A stretch of 64,000 bases of DNA, from NCBI RefSeq assembly GCF_024521635.1, contig NW_026250407.1, positions 124,001-188,000 of the forward strand, given 5' to 3'. The translations under genes were made by a program, and so were the position numbers. Positions within the stretch are counted from its first letter, which is position 1. Every line of letters begins with the position of its first letter. The notes beneath the pieces were generated by a model. That model made no database searches. It had not been told where the DNA came from and was given only the letters and a program-made list of their open reading frames with translations. This DNA is from Tricharina praecox. Lineage: Eukaryota. Below, piece after piece: positions 12,243 through 23,258 of the stretch.

Positions 12243-13895
12243 ATGGCCAAGGAGAAGGTAAACACACCCTCGTCACCCCGCAATTGCCTTAACTTGTCCT
12301 GCCAAATGGAATGTTCAAGCTAATGATTCGCTCCGTAGGTCTGTCTTGCGTATTCGTGAGTCTCCCGCGCGGCCGCCCCACACCTGCCCAGAAGATATCT
12401 TTCTCTGCATACATGGAGCTTCGCAGAACCTCGTATCTGACACAAACCGGGCTGCAGCGGCGGACTCGACACGAGCTGTATCCTTGGTCCGTTTGTTCCC
12501 ATTGCCTGTATTGGTGGACAATGGCTGACTCAGAGATATAGCATGGCTCCTCGAGAAGGGTTATGAAGTCATCTGCTTCAGTAAGACCTCGATATGTACC
12601 GTACCGACGGAGTGCCCACTGACGGCGATGAACAGTGGCCGACGTTGGTCAGGAGGAGGACTTCGAGGCTGCCAAGGAGAAGGCCTTGAAGATTGGTGCT
12701 TCCAAGGTCTACGTTGAGGATCTCCGAAAGGAGTTCGTCGAGGCCCTTTGCTTCCCCGCCATTCAGTGCAATGCCATCTACGAGAACGTCTACCTTTTGG
12801 GTATGCCTCGATTACTCTGCTCATTGCGTGCGTGGGTATGAATGACTCACGCCATCCAGGTACATCGCTCGCCCGCCCCGTCATTGCCCGCGGCCAGATC
12901 GCCGTTGCCCAGAAGGAGGGATGTGTCGCCGTCTCCCACGGCTGCACCGGAAAAGGTAACGACCAGGTCCGTTTCGAGCTTGCCTTCTACGCTCTCCAGC
13001 CCGACATCAAGGTCATCGCCCCCTGGCGCATGCCCGAATTCTACAACCGTTTCGCTGGCCGCAACGACCTCCTCGAGTACGCCGCTGCCCAGGGCGTCCC
13101 CGTCTACCAGACCAAGGCCAAGCCCTGGTCCATGGACGAGAACCTCGCGCACTGCTCCTACGAGGCCGGAATCCTCGAGGACCCCGACGTCGAGGCCCCC
13201 GCCGACATGTGGAAGCTGACTGTCGACCCACTCGACGCCCCCGACAAGCCCGAGGACTTCACCATCCACTTCGAGAAGGGACTCCCCGTCAAGCTCGAGT
13301 ACGAGGGTGGAAAGACCGTCACCGAGCCTCTGGACCTGTTCCTGACTGCCAACGCCATTGCCCGTCGCCACGGAGTTGGAAGAATCGACATCGTCGAGAA
13401 CCGCTTCATCGGACTCAAGTCCCGTGGCTGCTACGAGACCCCCGGACTCACCATCCTCCGCTCCGCCCACATCGACCTCGAGGGTCTCGTCCTCGACCGT
13501 GAGATCCGTGCGCTTCGTGACCAGTTCGTCACCTACAACTACTCCAAGATCCTCTACAACGGACTCTACTTCTCTCCCGAGCGCGAGTTCCTTGAGGAGT
13601 CGATCATCGCGTCGCAGAAGAGCGTCAACGGAAAGGTCAGGTGCAGGGTCTACAAGGGCATGTTCAGCGTGCTGGGCCGCAGCAGTGAGACCGAGAAGCT
13701 CTATGACATGAGCGAGAGCTCCATGGACGAGATCGGAGCCTTCGCGCCCCAGGATACCACCGGTTTCATCTCCGTCCAGGCCATCCGTCTGAAGAAGTGA
13801 GTGTCTTCCGCTCGTGCTGTCGTGAGTACTGGTTCACTGACATTGTCAATAATAGGTACGGAAACATGAAGCTGGAGCGTGGTGAGGCTTTGTAA
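12243..13895 (+). CDS. ARG1: Argininosuccinate synthase, 7 exons including 15-nt and 17-nt coding micro-exons
   Basis: Spliced [41 protein letters not shown] and [20 protein letters not shown] at 13893-13895. Confidence 0.98.
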
Positions 13896-14474
13896 GTTTG
13901 GAGGGTCGGACATGTGGGATATCACTCGTAGTTACGACGGCAGTACAAAAAAAAGGTGCTGATTCAGACTACTCGCTGGGTGCATTCGTCCGTCTTTGAT
14001 CGAAATGTTTGTCCCGGCTTCTCGCAGCTTGTCAACTTTCCCTTGTTTCTCCTACAGTCCGGCAGTGTTCTGTTCATCGGAGCATAAGTTGTCACTCTCT
14101 AGCAATTTCCAACTTCAATATGCCGTCACCTAGTGCGAACCCATGGCTTATAGACTACCTGCCCCTCCTGTAGAGTATCCCAACCACCTCCCTAATATCG
14201 AGTCATCTTCCCCAGCCACATACACACATTGCAGTCTCTTCCACTGTCACGTGCGCGTGTCTTGGCTGCTCTAGTGACTAGTTGTCAACATCAACAACCA
14301 CTAGCACATTCGTCCGTCCGCTGCTCATCCTTCCGCCACTACCACCTCACCACTACTACCACATCACGTCACGAAATTAACAAAACCACGCCCCCCACCC
14401 ACCACCCACCGCTCACCACATCCCTCAAACAAACGCAAAAAACCCCCCACCAACCAAAACAAAACAACCGCACA

Positions 14475-14870
14475 ATGGCCGCCGCTGACGACCTCCTGCC
14501 CCCGCCGCTCGCGCAGCTGCTGCCGCTACTTCACACCCTGCAACAATACACGACGCACATCACACCATACATCGCGCTGACGCAGCGGGCGGGGACATAT
14601 CTCAAGACCGCGGACCTGACGACTATCGCCGCGCTGCTGCTGATCTTTTATCTCTCCACCATGCTGCTGGGTATGGCTACGCGCTGGGTGCTGGGGGTGG
14701 TGAGGATGTTTATCCGCCTTGTGGTGGTTATGGTCGTGGTCATTGGGGGGCTGTGGTGCTGGCAGGTGGGCGTGGAGGTTGCGGTGCAGAGGGTTATGAT
14801 GCTCGGCGCGGAGGTTAGGGGGAGGGTCGAGGGGTGGGAGAAGATGTGGGCGGGGGGGAGGGGGTGGTAG
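14475..14870 (+). CDS. Small two-TM protein, Apq12-like nuclear envelope protein
   Basis: 131-aa intronless ORF (CACAATGG context) with DLTTIAALLLIFYLS..GMATRWVLGVVRMFIRLVVV..GLWCWQVG, a TM-amphipathic helix-TM layout resembling fungal Apq12. Confidence 0.6.
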   Translation: MAAADDLLPPPLAQLLPLLHTLQQYTTHITPYIALTQRAGTYLKTADLTTIAALLLIFYLSTMLLGMATRWVLGVVRMFIRLVVVMVVVIGGLWCWQVGVEVAVQRVMMLGAEVRGRVEGWEKMWAGGRGW

Positions 14871-15072
14871 TGCTGGGAGGGGGAGGGGGGATAGATACGG
14901 GAAGGAAGGGAAGGGGGCGGTTGTATGCTCTACGAAGTGATGATGATGATGCTGCTTGAGGAGTTTTGGGTGCACCGAATCTGATTTGATTATTCTTCAT
15001 GCCTCCCCATCTCCGTCCGTGCGTGAAACAAACCCCCTCCCCCCCTCCCCCCCTTCCAAAACCCCCCTACCA

Positions 15073-16073
<1,001 letters not shown>

Positions 16074-17377
16074 TGCGCGCGTGTTGTGTTGTGTAGTAGT
16101 GTCGTTGCGGGGCGGAAGTGGAAGTGAAAGTAGTGGTGGTGGTGAAAGTGGTGGTGGTGGGGTGCGGCTCTGCGGCGGCGGCGGGAATTGGGTTTTATTT
16201 GTCTGGTCAGGCTTGACCCGTCTCGTCCATTATTCTTCACATCCGACACATCGGCTCCGAGATTCGGAATCGTAAATTTCACCTTCACCCCCGGGCGCAC
16301 TATTTTTAGAGTAGATAGACGTTGCTTGGAACTTGGGAGATGGAAGGCTGGCTGGAAAGTAGGCTGAAAGGCTGGAACTCGGAAGGCTGGAAGGTTGGAA
16401 CGTTTAACTACTTCTTCTCCACCTTCTTCACCTTCCTCACCTTCCCCGTCCCCGTCCCCGCTCTCAGTGCCTACCGCTTCCCCACACTCCACTACTTCCC
16501 CGCACTGTCTGTCTGTCTGTCTGTCTGCCTACCAACTCCACCTCCACGTCATGAGACCGCAACCGTATGTACCGTATGTTGGGGCCCGCAACAGCGATCG
16601 CCAGGCCAGGCGGGTCTAGACCAAAAAGCAAGCAACATCCAGCGTAATATTCAGCTTCCCAAGATCCAAACCGCCAGCACACAATACGTAGTTCGGTATT
16701 CCATGTCATCTCGAAGTCTCGTAGTCTCAACACCATTGATTCTCAAGTCCCCAGGTAGGTGGGGCGAGGATATAAAAGTTCTCAGTCTCAATCTCAATCA
16801 ACCAGATGAAAAATGCGAAGAACAAAAAAAAGACGAACAAACAAGATCAAAAAGCAAAGCAAGCAGATAGCCACACCACTCCGCACCACACATTCAACTA
16901 CTGACCACACCTTCAACTACAGGCCACCAGTTCGTCATCCGTCATCCGTCATCGAGCGCAAGGAAAATCAACAGTATCATAAGCATCAGCATCATCATCA
17001 ACATCGGCAATCCGGTTACATATCCCCTCGTCGAGTAATAGGGGAGATAGGGAGTGAAGAGGGAAGGGGAATTGGTTTGGTGGTGGCCATTGCCATATCA
17101 TGACGCGACATAAGCAAGTAGAAAAAGAAAAAGACGTAAAAAAGAAAGGAAACAACAAAACAGCAAATAATAATGGTGAATGGAAAGAATCCAACAACAA
17201 TAATGAGACGCCCATCCGAAGAATGTTCATGATCAATCAATCAACCAACCCACCCGTACTCCCGGATATGTTCCCAGATATCCAACCAACAGCAACAACA
17301 ATAAAAACCAATCAATCAAACTGACAGATGACAGCAAACGAGCAAGGGAAACCCAATTATAACAGCATTAAACGCCT

Positions 17378-18984
17378 TCACCGGAACTCCACGCAAGCAA
17401 ACGTCCTCTCAGGCACATGCTTCAACTGCAGCTTCTGGAACTTCTCGCTCTTAGCGTGGAAGTATATGCCATCCACCGTGCCCGACACCTGGTTAAAGCA
17501 GATGTAGTAGAACCCCTCAAAGCTGGCGCCGGTAATCTGCCGCACCCGGTGGTCCGGCACGAGGAAATACTCCTTCCAGCGCATAAAGATATTTTCCTTC
17601 TGGGCGAAATTCGTGTAGTTGAACTCGGTATGCTTCGCCTTCGACACGAGTGGCCGGAACGACGGGAACCGCGACCAGTGCTGGAAATCGTTCTTCTCGC
17701 TCGATCCCCACTCCGGCCTGCGCGTCTGGAACGAGTACTTGTCGCCGATCATTTCCCCTTCGAAGTAAGTCGTGAGGGTCGGGTGATCCTCCGTAAGACC
17801 TGACACCACAAAATCAGCCAACCACCCAGCCAAGCGAAGCAAGCAAACAAAGGAAGGCCGCCCGCCCGCCCGCCACCACAACCACCACCACCACCACCAC
17901 CCTTTTCCTTCCTCCGGTACGGGGTGCATCCATCCAAGAATCCCATACCTTTAATGCGGAGATAGCCGCACAGGAACGACTCGGCCATGTCGACGTGCTT
18001 CAGCTCGACGTGGACTTCGTACGTGGAGCGGTCACTAGTCTGCTTTCCGACGAATTTACTCCCGGGGCGCAGGAACGAACAGCTGTAGGACGGAAGAACC
18101 TGTTGTGCCAGAGACCATCATTTCAGCAACAGTACCACAACGGCATCCCCACCCACCCAACCACCCGCCTCCCGCGCCCACCCACCCACAGCTGTAGCCG
18201 GGGGTGTGTCATCGCGCTCGACCCGTGTTCCGTAGTCCGAGAAACTTACGCGTTTTGTAGAGAAATCATGGTCCGGTAAAGGCACAGATAGAGTGTCTAG
18301 CGTAGAGGTGGCGTTGCTACTGTTGATACTGCTGGCGTTGCCGCCGACGGGTGCTGTTGATCGCTGCGTGAAAATTTTCCGTGCCGTCGCCACGGTGGTG
18401 GGTGACGGGGCTGATTGCGGATCTTTATCGGACGACGACGAGGCGAAGGCGGAGTCGGGGGAGGACGGCGTTCGTTCTTCGCCCTCCGCCGCCGTCATTG
18501 CCGTTATTGGCGATGCCACTGCAGTTGTTGTTATAGTTGTCTGTGTGGTTGTGGTAGTGGTGGTAGTGGTGGCTGTAGGTGCGGTGAGTGTTGTGGTGGT
18601 AGCCGTGGTATAGACCTTCTCTTCATCGGCCGACAGCAGCGGCGGTGGTGGTGCGGGTGAAGTGGTCTGTTCGAGAACCTGGTCTTCCTCCGGACACGGC
18701 TCGGTGCCGTTCTCGGCAGCGATGGTAGTGGCGGCGGTTGTCGCTGCGTCCTGCCGCAAGTCGTGTTCAAGGTGGTCCTGCTGTGCCCAACCGGCAGCGG
18801 TAGTGGCGGCGGCGGCGGAGGAGGTGGTGGTAGTAGGGTGAGTGTTGTGGTGGCTGTGGTGGTGGTGGTGGTGGATTGAGGAGGTTTCCTCTGGGCACGC
18901 GAGCTGGATGCGTTGCGGACGCAGCAGGATATCGGGGGAGGTTGCAGTGATCTCGACGGTGCTCTGGTTATTCGGAGTAGGCAT
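17378..18984 (-). CDS. GID4: GID complex substrate receptor Gid4/Vid24, 3 exons, with a long low-complexity N-terminus
   Basis: [76 protein letters not shown] and FQKLQL. Confidence 0.94.
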
Positions 18985-21115
18985 TTTTCTTTTTTTCTTT
19001 TCTTTCTTCGGGGATTATATCGAGGAGGGAGAGAGAAGGCGTTGTATTCTGGTATGAGAAGGAGGGACAATCTCTGATATTTACAACTTTAGAGTGGGAA
19101 GAGGAATGGGAGGTCGTTCGGCGTGATTTTTTCTTTCTTTCTTTTCTCGTGCACGCACGCCGGCTGATTGGTGGTACGGGACGGTTGGTGGTTGTAGCGA
19201 AGTGGGAGACTCGGCGGAGGAGTTGGAGTTGAGAGTTGGAACTGGAGTCAGAACTAGAGTTAGAGGAGATGCCGTCGGAGACTCGGAGGTCAACGAGCGG
19301 TAAAGGCCTACTATTAACTTCGCGGTAGCGGACAGTGGCGAACGACGTATGTATGCGGAGGAGGAGGGTGGATGGCAATGTCGGTATGCAAGCAGCGATG
19401 GAAGACGACGACGACGCTATGGGTACGCAATTGAGGATGTCTCAGAGTGAACAGGTTGGCAGATTGAGTATATTTTCTGCTACGAGATTGTGGGAATTCC
19501 AGTTGTTATCGGGACGCACTGCGGGGCGGGCAAGCGGGAGGCGAGGGCAAGCGGGAGGGAGGGCAAGCGGTGGGAGTGGGAGGGGAGATAGAGGATTGGA
19601 TTGGACTGCGTGCGAGGGCGAGGTCGTCCGTCAGTTCGAGGGGGAGGGGGGAAGTGGGGAGGAAGAGGGGGGGAGAAGAGCACAATGGTGACGAGGAGGA
19701 CGGGGACGACGACGAGGAGGAGGGCGGCCAAGAAGAGCAGACAGCCACACCGCTGGGTGACCGGATGATGTATCTTTCGATGGGCCCATGGATGTATGTA
19801 AGTGATGTGTGTTATGTAGGTATCGCAGCAGCTGCGGCGGCGGCATTAGCTAGGCCTGCGGATTCTACTTCGCGACCATGTACTCGCAGCTGGACATCCC
19901 GTGCGCGACGAATTCCAGCATCTTCATTCTAGGTATGCCCGTGCGCCCTTCGCCGGCTCCGGACGAGGCGTCCAAATCCGTCTCTCCTGTGACGCATCGA
20001 GCCCGCGAAGGCCCAGGGCGCTGAATGCTTTAACTATAACTAACGGCTGGCTCTCTTTCTTCAGCTCGTCGCTTCTCCACCATGTCGACGATGTCCCGGC
20101 CATTAGTTAGAGTTATGTAGCGCTCGCCATCATGCTCTCGAGCAATCGCGATCGCACCCATCACCATCTCGTGCCTGCCTGCAGCTCGCCATCCTCGCCC
20201 CTCCCCCGTGCTCGTGCTCGTGCTCGTGCTCGGCAGGGTAAACGACCGCGTCCTCGTCCTCGTCTCGGTCTGCCCGGAAACCAACCCCCCCTCCCCCCCC
20301 AGAACAGTTCAACTGTGGTTATCTTCCCCCAGATGTCGACCTGTCAGAAGGCGCCGACAGTAAAGCGTCAGATCGATGGTCTCCCGGACCAAATCGATCT
20401 CGTCCACCCCCCCTTCCCTCCCCCCCCTCCCCCCCTCTAACTCCCCACTCCTGCCGCCGTCCCACCCGCTGTGCTGTACACTACCCACAGTCCGGCACCG
20501 CACCGGCCCAGCCAGCCTGGAAAGTGCCGAGTGAGTAGTGGGGGTGGGTGGGTTGGGTGGGTGCGACCTCCAGCAACAGCAGCAGCAGCAGCGCCGCCAC
20601 TTCACCATTCACCAACCCCCTCCCCCTCCCTCCCACCTCCGAGCCAGCCTACTTTACTTTGCTTTACTTCACATCGAACCTGCAGCCGATCTTGCCTCTG
20701 TCCCATCCCTCTAACTGCCCTCTACCCTCTACCCACAGCACCCACTATGGAAATCTGCAGTCGTGATATGTCGAGAAGATAACCTCTCGAGGAGTCAAAC
20801 GCCCTCTCTTCCTCTCTCTGTCCCTCTGTCTCTCTCTGCCTCCCTCCCTCTGCCTGTGTCTGTCCGTCTGTCTATCACCACGCCTCGCGCATCCGAGATT
20901 GAGAGATCAGAGATTGGCGGTTTATAGCTACCACCCACCTATTTATCACGTCAGCAGTGGGACACTGGGAGAGGTGCGATTAAGCCCATGACATGCCAAT
21001 CAAGATTGAGTTTCAGGTACCACCCTTATGCGTCCTCCAGCGTGCTCCAGTGTGCTCCAGCCAACGCATGGCACCGAGTGATATCAAAAGTGTCGAGGCG
21101 GTCATTGCCGAGCCG

Positions 21116-21118
<3 letters not shown>

Positions 21119-21148
<30 letters not shown>
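21119..21148. repeat. (GA)n microsatellite
   Basis: Perfect GA run of about 15 units. Confidence 0.95.
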
Positions 21149-21150
<2 letters not shown>

Positions 21151-21357
21151 CCCACTTTCCCCTCAGCACAGCACAACCACCAATAACAACGTTGCGCGCC
21201 GCGGGGCTGATAGTAGAGGAGAGGAGAGCTATGACGATTTGTATCGCCAACTCTGGGTCTGGGTCGCTGATAATTACTGAAACTGTTCTCCCCGTCACAA
21301 AAAGAAAATACTGTCGTTTCTAGACTCACAAGTAGAGTGCCGTAACCCGTTGACTGC

Positions 21358-21700
21358 CACCCCCTCTTTCCCCTCTATCCCCAACCGGCCAGTTATGGCC
21401 AGCAGTCGTGGCAATCTACAGGCGGTGACGATTTGCATCACCGACTCTCGACTCTGATAACCACCGAAACTATGCCCCCTCCCAAATACCGTTCTTCCGC
21501 GACCCAGAGCGGAGTTGACTGTAGAGTCCCATGGTGTCAACCCCCTCTTTCCCCTCCACCCTCTATCTCCCTCCAGCCAGTCGTGGCTATCCACAGGCGG
21601 TGACGATTTGCATCACCGACTTTGATAACCCCCTCTTTCCCCTCCATCCCCATCGGCCAGCCAGTCACGGCCATCTCTGTACAGTACAGGCGGTGACGAT
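21358..21700. repeat. Three imperfect direct repeats of about 75-100 bp with a hairpin core
   Basis: CCCCCTCTTTCCCCTC...CAGTC...ACAGGCGGTGACGAT occurs three times. ACAGGCGGTGACGATTTGCATCACCGACT is identical at 21418-21446 and 21593-21621. Confidence 0.9.
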
Positions 21701-21703
21701 CTT

Positions 21704-21757
21704 CCACCACCACCACCACCACCACTACCACCACCACCACCACCACCATCACCACCG
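21704..21757. repeat. (CAC)n microsatellite
   Basis: Near-perfect CAC run with single CTA/CAT interruptions. Confidence 0.9.
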
Positions 21758-23258
21758 CTAAACATCCACATCCACAATCATCGTCACCGTCACCACTCAC
21801 TCACCACGCTACTACCATATACAACCATAGTGGATATAGGTAATTCATCATAACGCCTTTGAATTTGATACATAAGTACAGTTCAGTTCGATTTTCCCTT
21901 CTTACTTCTTCCTGCCCTGTTCCTCCCTTATTCCTCCCCTTCCTCCCTTCCTCCATTGTTCCTCCCCACCTCAATATCCTCCATTTCCTCTGTATGAACA
22001 GTTCCCAGCCTAGCCTATCTACCCCCCCACTTCCCCTCCCTTTCCCGCTCCTTCGCTCCCACGCGCAAGCAAAAACAAAACGAAACACATCAAACAGCAA
22101 AAACAGCAACAGCAACAGAAACAACAGGATTGATACAGACGGGTAGAAGGATATAAGGGGGTAAAGAAGTAAGTAAGGGTAATATTAAAGTATATAAGTA
22201 AAGTGATATCCGCCACAAAGAGCGTCCAGAAGAATGAAAAGAAAGGCCGTAGGCCACAGGTAATAGTTTAGAAATCTATAGTAAAGACAGTAGGTAGTAG
22301 TAGTAGGTAGCAGTAGGTAGTAGAAGTAATAGTAGTAGAATAGTAAGAATAAGAATTACAGTAATTGGTATATGAAGTATGTAACTCCGCGGGGGCAAAA
22401 TAGGAGAAACGGAGCCCCGCAGAGCCAAAAACAAACAAACAAACAAAAAACAAAACACAAGACAAAAAGCAGAACGAATGAATGAATGAGCGGGACGGGA
22501 AAAGGGATGTACCTATCCAGCAGATGAGGCTGAAGTGAAAGCTGAAACAATAGCGGAAGCAGAAGCAGAAACAGAAAACAAATGAGTGTGGTGATGTGTG
22601 ATGTGATGTTTGTGTGTCCGTGGAAAGAGAAAGAGTAAGAAAAAAAATCGACAACGAAACCAATCCAAAAATCAAAGATGCTGCCCCTTTTTTGTATCGT
22701 CGGTTTGCGAGAAAGCCGTACGAGAACGATGTGAAAAAAGCCTAAAGCCCAAAACCAAAACCAACCAACCCCCCCAATCCAATGGGCGTGCAAACTGTGT
22801 AATCCTCCCTATCCCCCCACCCCCATGCCATGCGCGCGCCGAACAAAATGTATTTACAGGAAGAATAGTGATGGAGCTCGATCCAGAGAGTCAGAAACAG
22901 GAGCACGAAGCGAATTCGAAGCCGGCCCCCAAAGAAACAAAGGATATCATATGCCGAACGGAAACAAAGCCGAAAGACTCAAAACCCCCCTGGTAGTAGC
23001 AAAAGAGAAATCAGAAAATTGAACATTGTAACTCCTCATGCTCCCCCAAAATGAAAAATGAAAAACTAAAAGTAAACCCGTTGTATAGAAGGATGAAAAC
23101 ACCAGCCGCCGTTGCCCCCGAGCCGATCCCCCTGCCCGACTTCGAGCCCCGTTTTTAGAATGCGCCGACAATAATGATTGGGTGAATTGGAAAAAAAAGG
23201 TGTATCGGTAGAGACTGGCAGAGACCGTCAAACTCCTCGGCGGATGCGTGGGTGCGGG

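Noticed and set aside
9833..13470. Long antisense ORFs over beta-tubulin and ARG1 (also over GCN20, the PH gene and CCH1)
   Set aside because: They are shadows of GC3-biased sense genes and show no independent motifs.
21358..21700. CRISPR-like reading of the hairpin repeats
   Set aside because: Eukaryotic context, only 2-3 copies, the intervening sequences resemble each other rather than being unique spacers, and there are no cas genes.
19400..23200. ORFs in the gap between GID4 and the Ser-rich gene
   Set aside because: Dominated by microsatellites and strand-biased UTR-like composition.
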